From NCBI GenBank assembly GCA_964252075.1, contig CAXULY010000066.1:1-21556 (forward strand): a stretch of DNA of 21,556 bases, written 5' to 3'. The stretch is from an uncultured Deinococcaceae bacterium (GTDB lineage: Bacteria; Deinococcota; Deinococci; Deinococcales; Deinococcaceae). Position numbers and translations under genes: made by a program. Of this stretch, positions 9,626 to 18,924 are shown piece after piece. The notes under the pieces were generated by a model. It made no database searches and was not told the origin of the DNA. It saw only the letters and a list, made by a program, of their open reading frames with translations. Positions within the stretch are counted from its first letter, which is position 1. Each line of letters opens with the position of its first letter.

Positions 9626-10684
9626 ATGCCCCTCCCCACCATCTGGTTCAACAAGAGTTTCTCCGGCACCCTGCAGCAGATCCGCGCGCTCGCCGGGCAC
9701 GCGCGCGTCATCGCGAGCCACACCAGTGCGGACAGCATCATGCTGCGCGGCGACCACGACGCCTTCCTAGAGCCGCGCGGTCTGGTGGGGGAGGCGTACG
9801 CCGAGTACTGCCTCAGCGTGTGCCGCGCGCGCGGCGTGGACGTGTTCTTCGCGCAGAAGGAGATGGCCGCGCTCGCCGCGCGCCGCGAGGACTTCGAAAC
9901 GCAGGGCACGCGCCTGATCGTTGCGGGCACCCCGCAGACCCTGGCGCTGCTGGACGACAAGGCCGCCTTCAGCGCCACCTTCCCCGCCGAGCCGCTCGGC
10001 ACGCGCGTGCCGGAGACCTTCACCGTCACCACGTGGCCGCAGATGCAGGCCGCCATCCTGGACCTCCGCACCCGGCACGCGGGCGTGTGCATGAAACCCG
10101 CGCGCGGCGTGTACGCCGCCGGCTTCCGCGTCCTCACGGAGCGCGAGGACCTGCGGCGCTTCCTGGCGGGCGACGTGTTCTTCATGAGCGAGGCGCAGGC
10201 GCACCTGCTGTACAGCGCGCAACCGGAGTTCCCCGCGACGCTCGTCATGGAGCACCTGCCGGGCCTGGAGCGCAGCGTGGACTGCGTGGCGTGGGCGGGC
10301 GACCTCGCGGGCGCCGTCGTGCGCGCCAAAGTGGGCGGCGGCGTGCAGGAATTGCAGGACCACCCGGCGCTGCTGGACGTCGTGCGGCGCATGACGCGCC
10401 ATTACGGCCTGTCGGGCCTCTTCAACGTGCAGTTCAAGGAGGACGTGACGGGCGCCCCATGCGTGCTGGAGGTGAACCCGCGCGCCGCGGGGGGCCTCGC
10501 CACCAGCATGGTGTCCGGCCTGAACTTCCCGTGGGTGGCGGTGCAACTCGCGCTGGGCCTCATCACGCCCGCCGACGTGCCCGCGCCCCGCACGGGCCTG
10601 CGCGTCACGGAAGTGAAGGACGTGCTGGAACTCACGGACGCCCCCCTGCGCGCCCTCCTCCCAGCAGACGAACAGCTGGCGTGA
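9626..10684 (+). CDS. ATP-grasp enzyme of the Ter-associated type
   Basis: IWFNKSFS N-terminus, LLDDKAAF, CMKPARGVYAAGF, VMEHLPGLERSVDC, FNVQFK, LEVNPRAAGG. Start is 9617 or 9626; TACCAT (9613-9618) lies 7 nt before ATG 9626. Confidence 0.85.
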   Translation: MPLPTIWFNKSFSGTLQQIRALAGHARVIASHTSADSIMLRGDHDAFLEPRGLVGEAYAEYCLSVCRARGVDVFFAQKEMAALAARREDFETQGTRLIVAGTPQTLALLDDKAAFSATFPAEPLGTRVPETFTVTTWPQMQAAILDLRTRHAGVCMKPARGVYAAGFRVLTEREDLRRFLAGDVFFMSEAQAHLLYSAQPEFPATLVMEHLPGLERSVDCVAWAGDLAGAVVRAKVGGGVQELQDHPALLDVVRRMTRHYGLSGLFNVQFKEDVTGAPCVLEVNPRAAGGLATSMVSGLNFPWVAVQLALGLITPADVPAPRTGLRVTEVKDVLELTDAPLRALLPADEQLA

Positions 10685-10699
10685 GGCGGGCCGCTGGCC

Positions 10700-11350
10700 T
10701 TACGGCTGGATCTGCCCGTCGTCCGTCAGGGACGGGTACGGCTCGCCGCGCTCGCGGTACAGCGGCGCGAGGTCCGGGTACGCCCACTCGAACAGCAGCG
10801 CGCTCAGGCGTTCGGCGCTCAGCTGCGGCGCGGCGTACAGGCCGGCGGCCATGCGCTGGCGCTGCGCCTCGAACAGGATGGTCGCGCACGCCACGCTGAC
10901 GTTCAGGCTCTGCACCATGCCCAGCATGGGAATCACGATGTTCGCGTCCGCCGCGCCCGCCGCGGCGTCCGACACGCCCCACTTCTCCGCGCCGAGCAGC
11001 ACGCAGGTGGGTCGCGTGTAATCCGGCTCGCGGTAATCCACGCTGCGCGCGGACAGGTGCGTGGCGAGCACCTGAAAGCCCCGCTCCTGCAGGGTCCGCA
11101 CGGCGCTCACGGCGTCCGCGTGCGTCTGCACGCCCACCCACTTCTCGGCGCTGCCGCTCGTGGCGCTGAAGGTCGGCATGTGGCCGTTCTTGGGCGGCAC
11201 GGCGTGCGCTTCCAGCACGCCCACCGCGTCGCAGCTGCGCAGGATGGCGCTGAAGTTGTGCGGTTTGTTCACCTCGTCCATCAGGACGGTGAGGGTCGGC
11301 TGGCGCAGGGCCAGCACCCGCTGCAGTTTCCGGTAACGCTCGGGGGTCAT
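10700..11350 (-). CDS. trmH: tRNA (guanosine(18)-2'-O)-methyltransferase
   Basis: SPOUT motifs [48 protein letters not shown]. Confidence 0.95.
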   Translation of the reverse strand: MTPERYRKLQRVLALRQPTLTVLMDEVNKPHNFSAILRSCDAVGVLEAHAVPPKNGHMPTFSATSGSAEKWVGVQTHADAVSAVRTLQERGFQVLATHLSARSVDYREPDYTRPTCVLLGAEKWGVSDAAAGAADANIVIPMLGMVQSLNVSVACATILFEAQRQRMAAGLYAAPQLSAERLSALLFEWAYPDLAPLYRERGEPYPSLTDDGQIQP

Positions 11351-11387
11351 GACGTGTCTCCTGGGGCCGCGTCCTCGCGGCAGACCT

Positions 11388-12053
11388 TCAGCCTAGCAGG
11401 TCAGCCCGCCACGGAAAGCCCCACGGGTCCGCCTGCGCGCGGCGCTGCACGGCGGCGTTGTCGTGGCGGCGCACGGACGCGAGCAGCGGGAAGTCCGCCG
11501 GGCTGACCGCCAGCCGCCCCACGGACCGCGCGGGCGCCGCGCTCGCCCACTGCGGCTCCAGCACCCGCCCCACGCCCGGCCAGTCGTACGGCGGCATGCG
11601 CTCGAACCCCTCGCGCGGCAGCAGGTGCACGTGCCCCGCCCGGAAGGGAACAGCCGGGCCGTGCGACAGCGAGAAGAAGTACCGCATGGCCCCCCAGCCC
11701 GCGCCCACGGCGTCCTGCACCGCCATGTTCAGCATGTTGCGCCCCGGGTAATTCAGGGCGACCGCATAGAACAGCGCCCAGATGGCGTCCGACGAGGCGA
11801 ACACCGCCGTGCGCTTGCTGAAGTCATCCGGGCTCTTGTCGTTTGGCGTGCGCGGCTCGAACCGCTCGATGCGCGCGTCGCCCGTGCCGTGCAGCAGTAC
11901 CCCGCGCTCGTCCGCCAGCCACTGCAGGAACACCCACGCGGGCACGCCGGGCGGCGCGGTCAGGTCGCCCGGCAGCGCCGCGTGCGCCACGCACCGGTCG
12001 CGCCAGTCGCGGGGCAGTGGGACTTCCGGCGCGCGCAGCCAAGGTTGGGACAC
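11388..12053 (-). CDS. Hypothetical ~221-aa protein with ADP-ribosyltransferase-like motifs
   Basis: C-terminal part of track ORF 11388..13253. It fills the trmH-araC gap, has globular composition, and its GTG start is preceded by TGT-TAGGCT at 5 nt. Motifs LLHGT...FEPR...VFASS...ALFYA. Confidence 0.8.
   Translation of the reverse strand: MSQPWLRAPEVPLPRDWRDRCVAHAALPGDLTAPPGVPAWVFLQWLADERGVLLHGTGDARIERFEPRTPNDKSPDDFSKRTAVFASSDAIWALFYAVALNYPGRNMLNMAVQDAVGAGWGAMRYFFSLSHGPAVPFRAGHVHLLPREGFERMPPYDWPGVGRVLEPQWASAAPARSVGRLAVSPADFPLLASVRRHDNAAVQRRAQADPWGFPWRADLLG
11390..11398 (-). promoter_or_regulatory. Candidate extended -10 (TGC-TAGGCT) for trmH, overlapping the end of the upstream gene
   Basis: Minus strand cTGCTAGGCTga about 40 nt above the trmH ATG. 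Confidence 0.4.
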
Positions 12054-12058
12054 GCCCC

Positions 12059-12101
12059 AGCCTAACAGGGGAGACGCGCCGTCCGGCCCGCGCGGTAGGG
12101 T
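12059..12101. promoter_or_regulatory. Divergent leaderless promoters: TAGGCT (minus, 12059-12064) and TAGGGT (plus, 12096-12101)
   Basis: Hexamers 5 and 6 nt upstream of GTG 12053 and ATG 12108. Confidence 0.65.
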
Positions 12102-12107
12102 GAGGGC

Positions 12108-12911
12108 ATGGAGGAAGCCCGGTACTGGCGCGCCCCGGACCTGCCGGGCGTGGACCTGCTGCGCGCCCGCTACCGCACGCACCGCTTCCTGCCGCACGCG
12201 CACGAGACCTACGCCCTCGGCGTGATCGAGGCGGGCGCGGAGCGCTTCCGGCACCGTGGCGCGGAGGTGGTGGCCCCCGCGGGGAGCGTGGTGCTCATCC
12301 CGCCCGGCGAGGCGCACACGGGGGAGGCCGCGCACCCGGCGGGCTGGCGTTACCGCATGCTGTACGTGCACGAGGACTGGCTGCGTGACGCGCACGTTCC
12401 GCTGGGCGGGGGCGGCCTGCCCGCGCTTCCCGCCCCCGTGCTGCACGATCCCCAGCTGGCCGCCGCGCTGCTGCGCGCGCATCACGCGCTGGATGGTCCC
12501 GCGAGTACGCTGGCGCGCGAGGGCCTCCTGCGCGCCGCGCTGGACCTCCTGGTGCGCCACCATGCCACGGGCGTGCAGCGGCCCCACCTCACCCCAGACG
12601 CCGGAGAGCTGCGCGCCGCCCGCGACCTGCTGGAGGCCAGCGCCACCCACAACCTGAGCCTCAGTGAGCTCGCCGCGCAGGTCGGCCTGAGCCCCCACCA
12701 CCTCGCCCGGCGCTTCACGGCCACCTTCGGCCTGCCGCCGCATGCCTACCAGTTGCAGGTGCGTGTGCGGCTGGCGCGGCACCTGCTGGACGCGGGCCGC
12801 CCCCCGGCGGAGGTGGCGCAGGAGGTGGGCTTCGCGGACCAGGCGCACCTCACGCGGGTCTTCAAGCGCGTGCTGGGCGTGCCGCCCGGCGCGTACCGCC
12901 GCGCCCGCTGA
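12108..12911 (+). CDS. AraC-family transcriptional regulator with cupin ligand domain
   Basis: FLPHAHETYALGVI, PGEAHTGE; C-terminal dual HTH LSELAAQVGLSPHHLARRF...GFADQAHLTRVFKRVLGVPPGAYR. Confidence 0.95.
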   Translation: MEEARYWRAPDLPGVDLLRARYRTHRFLPHAHETYALGVIEAGAERFRHRGAEVVAPAGSVVLIPPGEAHTGEAAHPAGWRYRMLYVHEDWLRDAHVPLGGGGLPALPAPVLHDPQLAAALLRAHHALDGPASTLAREGLLRAALDLLVRHHATGVQRPHLTPDAGELRAARDLLEASATHNLSLSELAAQVGLSPHHLARRFTATFGLPPHAYQLQVRVRLARHLLDAGRPPAEVAQEVGFADQAHLTRVFKRVLGVPPGAYRRAR

Positions 12912-12974
12912 ACCAGCCAGTCGGTTCGCGCTCCGTGCGCAAGGCGTGACAAGACGCCGCGCGCCCACGCCCAC

Positions 12975-12980
12975 TACGCT
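12975..12980 (+). promoter_or_regulatory. -10 box TACGCT, leaderless promoter of azlC
   Basis: TACGCT-gccggg-ATG (6-nt gap). Confidence 0.65.
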
Positions 12981-12986
12981 GCCGGG

Positions 12987-13655
12987 ATGGATGGATTCTG
13001 GTGGGGTTTCCGGGCGATGCTGCCCCTGTGGCTGGGCGTGGCGCCCTTCGCGGTGGCGTACGCCGTCACGGCGCGCGCGGCGGGCCTGAGCGTGCTGGAC
13101 ACGCAGGTCATGAGCCTCACGCTCTTCGCGGGCGCGTCGCAGTTCGCGCTCGCGGGCCTGTTCGGGCAGGGCGCCGGGCCCTGGGCCATGCTGGGGACGG
13201 TGTTCGTGCTGAACGCCCGGCACCTCCTGTACGGCCTGAGCCTCGGGCAGCACCTGCCGCTCGCGGGCTGGCGGCGTGCGCTCGCCGCGCAGTTCCTCAC
13301 GGACGAAGCGTACGGCGTGACGGTCGGGGCGGGCGTGCCGGGCCTGGGGTACCTGCTGGGCACCGAACTGAGCCTGTACCTCGTATGGAACGCCTTCACC
13401 CTGCTGGGAGCCCTCGCGGGCGCCCTCATCCCCGACCCCGAGCGGCTCGGCGTGGACTTCGTGTTCCCGCTGGCCTTCCTGGGCCTGCTGGTGCCGCTGC
13501 TGCGCGGGCGCACGGAGCTGCTGGTGGCGCTCGCCTCGGGCGCGCTCGCGCTGCTGTCGTCGCGCCTGCTGCCGGGCGGCGTGACGGTGCTGCTGGTGGG
13601 CGTCGCCGGCGCGCTGCTGGGCGCGTGGCTGAGCCGCGCGCGGGCGGCGGTGTGA
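12987..13655 (+). CDS. azlC: AzlC-family branched-chain amino acid exporter permease
   Basis: MSLTLFAGASQF, LNARHLLYGLSL, LTDEAYG, GVDFVFPLAFL; hydrophobic. Confidence 0.9.
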   Translation: MDGFWWGFRAMLPLWLGVAPFAVAYAVTARAAGLSVLDTQVMSLTLFAGASQFALAGLFGQGAGPWAMLGTVFVLNARHLLYGLSLGQHLPLAGWRRALAAQFLTDEAYGVTVGAGVPGLGYLLGTELSLYLVWNAFTLLGALAGALIPDPERLGVDFVFPLAFLGLLVPLLRGRTELLVALASGALALLSSRLLPGGVTVLLVGVAGALLGAWLSRARAAV

Positions 13656-13945
13656 CGCCCCTCCTCGTCACGCTCCTCGCCTGGGCGCTCACCTTCGCCA
13701 TTCGCTACGCGGGGCTCAGCCTGCACGCCCTGCGCCTCACGCCCTTCTGGCTGGCCTTCCTGCGCTTCGTGCCCATCAGCGTGTTCTCCGCGCTCGTCGT
13801 GCCGGACGTGACGGGCGCGCGCGACTGGCCGCTGCGGGCGCTCGCGTGCGCGCTCGCGGCCCTCACCCTGTGGCGCGTGGGGGCGCTGTGGCTGGGCCTG
13901 CTGGTCGGACTGGGCGCCTACCTGCTGCTGCGCTGGCTGGCGTGA
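13652..13945 (+). CDS. azlD: AzlD-family small membrane subunit
   Basis: GTGA overlap with the azlC stop; TFAIRY, FLRFVPISVFSALVVPD; 97 hydrophobic aa. It is the C-terminal part of track ORF 13001..13945. Confidence 0.85.
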   Translation: MTPLLVTLLAWALTFAIRYAGLSLHALRLTPFWLAFLRFVPISVFSALVVPDVTGARDWPLRALACALAALTLWRVGALWLGLLVGLGAYLLLRWLA

Positions 13946-13949
13946 AGTG

Positions 13950-13970
13950 AAAAGCGCCGCTTGGGCGCTT
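13950..13970 (-). terminator. Hairpin with short T tail on the minus strand (mscL terminator, possibly bidirectional)
   Basis: AAGCGCC-gcttg-GGCGCTT, with an AAAA run at 13950-13953 on the plus strand. Confidence 0.5.
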
Positions 13971-14014
13971 CCCACCCGGTGCGCCTCACCTCACCGACGG
14001 GCCATCACGGGGCA

Positions 14015-14034
14015 GGGCGGAGTGCCCTCCGCCC
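14015..14034. terminator. 8-bp GC hairpin just after the mscL stop
   Basis: GGGCGGAG-tgcc-CTCCGCCC. Confidence 0.5.
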
Positions 14035-14037
14035 GCC

Positions 14038-14445
14038 TCAATCGCCCGCGCTGGAGTTCCGTGCGCCCTGCGCGCGCAGCGCATCCCGGATTTCCGCGAG
14101 CAGCTTCTCCTCGTTGCTCGGCTCGGCCACCGGGGGCTTCTCCTCGCGCTTCAGGCGGGACATCAGGTGATTCACGGGCGTGACCACCAGGAAGTAAATG
14201 ACCGCCGCGATGATCAGGAAGTTCAGGATCGCCGAGATGAACGCCCCGTAATCGAAGGTCGCGCCGTTCACCACGAAGGCGCCACCGACCTTCGCGCCGC
14301 CCCCCGTGATGGCCTTGATGAGGGGGTTGATGAAGCTGTTCGTGAAGGCCGTCACCACGCCCCCGAAGGCCGCGCCGATCACCACGCCCACCGCGAGGTC
14401 CACCACGTTGCCGCGCAGAATGAAGTCCCGAAAGCCCTTGAGCAT
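14038..14445 (-). CDS. mscL: Large-conductance mechanosensitive channel
   Basis: MLKGFRDFILRGNVVDLAVGVVIGAAFG, YGAFISAILNFLIIA, EEKLLAEIRDAL; GGAGGA RBS. Confidence 0.97.
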   Translation of the reverse strand: MLKGFRDFILRGNVVDLAVGVVIGAAFGGVVTAFTNSFINPLIKAITGGGAKVGGAFVVNGATFDYGAFISAILNFLIIAAVIYFLVVTPVNHLMSRLKREEKPPVAEPSNEEKLLAEIRDALRAQGARNSSAGD

Positions 14446-14504
14446 CTGTCCTCCTGACCTGCCACGTCAAAAACGCACCCGGCCCGACGTTGGTTGTCAG
14501 GCCG

Positions 14505-14513
14505 AGTGTAACA
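14505..14513 (-). promoter_or_regulatory. Extended -10 (TGT-TACACT) for mscL
   Basis: TGnTAnnnT about 60 nt upstream of the ATG. Confidence 0.6.
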
Positions 14514-14531
14514 CGCTGCTGAGCTTGGCTT

Positions 14532-15998
<1,467 letters not shown>

Positions 15999-16043
15999 AC
16001 TGCTCCTCAGCCGCCGGGTGAAGCCCCAGTCGGCAAACAGGTC

Positions 16044-16052
16044 ATGGTAACA
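16044..16052 (-). promoter_or_regulatory. Extended -10 (TGT-TACCAT) for the DUF512 gene
   Basis: TGnTAnnnT about 45 nt above GTG 15998, which supports the shorter start. Confidence 0.55.
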
Positions 16053-16095
16053 GGCCGGAACGGGGTCCATTCCGGCGCGCATCACAGAAGGGCCG

Positions 16096-16437
16096 TCAGC
16101 TCGCGCAGCCCAGTGTGAGTTGGTGTTGCTGCGCGGCGGTCGCCCGAGCCCAGCGCAGCCCTCCGCCGGCCAGCAACAGGAGGGCCAGGACGGTCAGCGT
16201 GATGTGGGTGGCCATCCTCAGCCGCTGATAGATGAGCGCGCACACGAAGGTGCTGGCCAGCGCCAGGGACAGGCCGAAGATCAGCAGCAGCCGGATCAGC
16301 GCGGGGGAGTCCAGGTCGCAGAACTCGCCCTCGCCCATCCCGGTGTAGCGGTTGAGCCCGAACAGCCACGCCAGCCCGATGCTGAGCCCGGCGCCCGCGT
16401 CCAGGGTCACGACGACCGCCCACGTCCATACCCTCAC
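16096..16437 (-). CDS. Small hypothetical membrane protein (~113 aa, about 3 TM)
   Basis: Three hydrophobic segments in the frame of track ORF 16096..16494; GTG 16437 lies 7 nt after TAGGGT. Confidence 0.6.
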   Translation of the reverse strand: MRVWTWAVVVTLDAGAGLSIGLAWLFGLNRYTGMGEGEFCDLDSPALIRLLLIFGLSLALASTFVCALIYQRLRMATHITLTVLALLLLAGGGLRWARATAAQQHQLTLGCAS

Positions 16438-16444
16438 GCTGCCC

Positions 16445-16454
16445 ACCCTACACT
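16445..16454. promoter_or_regulatory. Overlapping opposite -10 boxes sharing a TA: TAGGGT (minus) and TACACT (plus)
   Basis: ACCC-TA-CACT within the 25-nt gap between divergent starts 16437 and 16463. Confidence 0.55.
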
Positions 16455-16462
16455 GGAGCGCG

Positions 16463-17644
16463 ATGGCCCGCGCCCTGTACTTCGGCTTGCCCATGCACGG
16501 TCACGTGAACCCCAGCCTGGCGCTGGTGCGCGCCCTGGTGGAGCGCGGCGAGGACGTGCTGTACGCCTGCACGCCGGCCTTCGAGCCCAGCATCGCGGGC
16601 GTCGGGGCGCGGCTCCTGCCCCACACCAGCCTGCTGAACGCCAATCACCTCGTCACCCCCTTCGCGCTCGCCTCGTACGAGTTCGAGGCAGCTGTACGGC
16701 AGCTGTACCGTCCCGCCGCGCAGTGGGGCGCGCACTACGCGCTCGTGGACGGCCTGAACTGGTGGGGTCGTGCGCTCGCGCTGGCGCTGGCGCTGCCCGT
16801 GATCTCGGTGTTCACGACGTACGCGCCGCCGGTCCTGCCGGAAGTGCCGCCGCCCAGCTTTCCGCTGCCCGTCACGCGCAACCTGCGCGCGCCGGGCGGT
16901 GAGGCGCTGCACGCCAGCAGCGCCTTCGATGTGCTTTCCACGCTCGCGCTCACGCTGGAGCGGCTGCGGCTGGCGCCGGGCTTTGAGCGGCTCACACCGT
17001 GGTCTCTGGTCCGTGATCCCGCGCGACTCGCGGTGATCTGCACCCTGCCGGAATTCCAGCCGCACCCGGAGGCGCTGAGCGGGCCGTATGCCTTCACGGG
17101 ACCCAGCCTGGACCCCTCCCGCTTCGGGCGGGACTGGGTGAGGCCCAATGCCCGTCCGTTGGTGTACCTGTCCCTCGGCACCCTCTTCAACGACGACCAG
17201 GATGTGCTGCAGCGCTGCCTCGCCGCTTTCCCAGACAGTGCGTATCGCGTGGTGGTTGGCGGGGTGCCGCCCGCGATGGAGGCGTCCAGCTCCTTCATCA
17301 CGCTGCTAGCGCATGCGCCGCAACCCGCTGTGCTGCGCCATGCCAGCGTCTTCGTGACGCACGGCGGCATGAACAGCGTCATGGAGTCGCTCGCGGCGGG
17401 CGTTCCCGTGATTACCTCGCCCTTCACGAACGAGCAGGCCACCAACGCCCGGAATGCCGAGCGCCTCGGGGTGGGCCTCACCCTGGACCGCGCGGCCCTG
17501 GATGGCCCACGCCTGCGCGCCGCCATTGACCGCGTGATGACCGATCCCGTCTTCCGGGCGCGCGCCCTCGCCCTGAACGCCGCGGAGCGCGGTCGGGTTG
17601 GGGTGCAGGCTGCCGCCGACGCCATTTTGGCCGTCACGCGCTGA
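16463..17644 (+). CDS. GT1 UDP-glycosyltransferase, macrolide glycosyltransferase (MGT/YjiC/OleD)-like
   Basis: MARALYFGLPMHGHVNP (catalytic His region), VYLSLGT, PQPAVLRHASVFVTHGGMNSVMESLAAGVP...EQ UDP-sugar signature. Confidence 0.9.
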   Translation: MARALYFGLPMHGHVNPSLALVRALVERGEDVLYACTPAFEPSIAGVGARLLPHTSLLNANHLVTPFALASYEFEAAVRQLYRPAAQWGAHYALVDGLNWWGRALALALALPVISVFTTYAPPVLPEVPPPSFPLPVTRNLRAPGGEALHASSAFDVLSTLALTLERLRLAPGFERLTPWSLVRDPARLAVICTLPEFQPHPEALSGPYAFTGPSLDPSRFGRDWVRPNARPLVYLSLGTLFNDDQDVLQRCLAAFPDSAYRVVVGGVPPAMEASSSFITLLAHAPQPAVLRHASVFVTHGGMNSVMESLAAGVPVITSPFTNEQATNARNAERLGVGLTLDRAALDGPRLRAAIDRVMTDPVFRARALALNAAERGRVGVQAAADAILAVTR

Positions 17645-17692
17645 CCGTGCGGCGACTGGACCATTTCGCGCGGTTCCGCGCCCCGCGCTTGC

Positions 17693-17698
17693 TACACT
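17693..17698 (+). promoter_or_regulatory. -10 box TACACT (TGC-extended), leaderless promoter
   Basis: tTGC-TACACT-cgccgc-GTG 17705. Confidence 0.7.
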
Positions 17699-17704
17699 CG
17701 CCGC

Positions 17705-18511
17705 GTGATTGCTGCCCCCAGCACGACCCTCGCCCAGACCCGCAAGAACCGACCGGGCTTCGAGTGGGCCGCCGAACGCCTGTTCCGCCCGCTCGCGCAG
17801 CGGCTCGTGGCGCCCGCCGCCCGCACGGGCCTCAAACCCACCCAGCTGGTGATGCTGCACACCGCGCTGGGCGTGGTTGCTGCGGTGCTCGCGGCGCGCG
17901 GTGGGCGCCTGACACCCGCCCTGCTGTTGCAGGTGAAGACCGTGCTGGACAACCTGGACGGTCAGCTGGCGCGCGCGACGAATCAGACGACGGAGACGGG
18001 CCGGTACCTGGATACGGAGATGGACCTCGTGGTGAACGCCGCGCTGTTCACGGCGATCTCGCGGCGCGCGGGTTTGCCCGCGACGGTGCTGCTGTCGCTG
18101 CTCCTCACCGTTGATTACCTGTGGGAACGCGATTACCGCGCGGCGCGGGGCGAGGTGTTCCGCAGTTCGCCCGCGCAGGGTGGGGATAACCTCGCGCTGC
18201 TGGGCGCCTTGCGGGGCGTGTACGCGGTGTACTTCCAGCCGCAGGAGGCCCTGCTCTCGCGCCTGTTCGAGGCGCGCCTGCGCGCGGCGGCGGGCGGCGA
18301 GCCGACCGAGCGGGACCGCGTGGCGTACACGCCGTCGGAACTCACGCAGGTGACGGCGCAGCTGGGCCTCAGCAGTCAGCTGCTGGGGGCTGGCGTGGCG
18401 CTGGCGCTGGGGCGACCGCGCGCGTACCTGTTCAGTCTGCCTGTGCAGGCGGTGCTGCTGGTGGGGTTGCAGGTGTGGCGCGAGGGGCGCGTGCGCCGGG
18501 GGCGGGCGTGA
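17705..18511 (+). CDS. CDP-alcohol phosphatidyltransferase family protein
   Basis: Complete signature [26 protein letters not shown] (DxxDGxxAR..GxxxDxxxD); TM helices. Confidence 0.9.
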   Translation: MIAAPSTTLAQTRKNRPGFEWAAERLFRPLAQRLVAPAARTGLKPTQLVMLHTALGVVAAVLAARGGRLTPALLLQVKTVLDNLDGQLARATNQTTETGRYLDTEMDLVVNAALFTAISRRAGLPATVLLSLLLTVDYLWERDYRAARGEVFRSSPAQGGDNLALLGALRGVYAVYFQPQEALLSRLFEARLRAAAGGEPTERDRVAYTPSELTQVTAQLGLSSQLLGAGVALALGRPRAYLFSLPVQAVLLVGLQVWREGRVRRGRA

Positions 18512-18924
18512 GCGAGCGCCCGCAGGCGGTGGTGGGCGCACTGGTGCGCGGCCCGAGTGGACGCTGGTTGATCGCGCGGACCACCAAGTGGCGTGGCGCG
18601 TGGGGCGTGCCGGGCGGCAAGGTGGAGTGGGGCGAGACGCTCGCGCAGGCCGTGGCGCGTGAGTTCCACGAGGAGGTGGGCCTGCGGCTGACGGACATCC
18701 AGTACGCGCAGACGCAGGAGGCGGTGCTGAGCCCGGAGTTCGGCAAGCCCGCGCATTTCGTGATGGTGGATTTCCTCGCGCGGACGGCGGACACGGACGT
18801 CACGCCGAACGAGGAGATCGAGACGTGGGCGTGGGTGACGCTGGAAGAGGCGCTCACGTACCCGCTGAACAGCTTCACGCGCACGCTGGTGGAACTGGCG
18901 CGGCGGGTGGGGGAGGGCGCGTGA
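18508..18924 (+). CDS. Nudix hydrolase
   Basis: Nudix box [27 protein letters not shown] overlap with the upstream stop. Confidence 0.92.
   Translation: MSERPQAVVGALVRGPSGRWLIARTTKWRGAWGVPGGKVEWGETLAQAVAREFHEEVGLRLTDIQYAQTQEAVLSPEFGKPAHFVMVDFLARTADTDVTPNEEIETWAWVTLEEALTYPLNSFTRTLVELARRVGEGA

Noticed and set aside
680..10899. Long alternative-frame or antisense ORFs (680..2563, 2220..3785, 2320..3906, 4540..5940, 5828..7072, 8392..10392, 9601..10899)
   Set aside because: They overlap well-supported genes, are Arg/Ala/Gly/Pro-rich and lack motifs. These are shadow ORFs expected from stop-codon scarcity at high GC.
12054..13253. N-terminal 400 aa of the 621-aa ORF 11388..13253
   Set aside because: Antisense to araC and azlC; only the part from GTG 12053 looks like a real protein.
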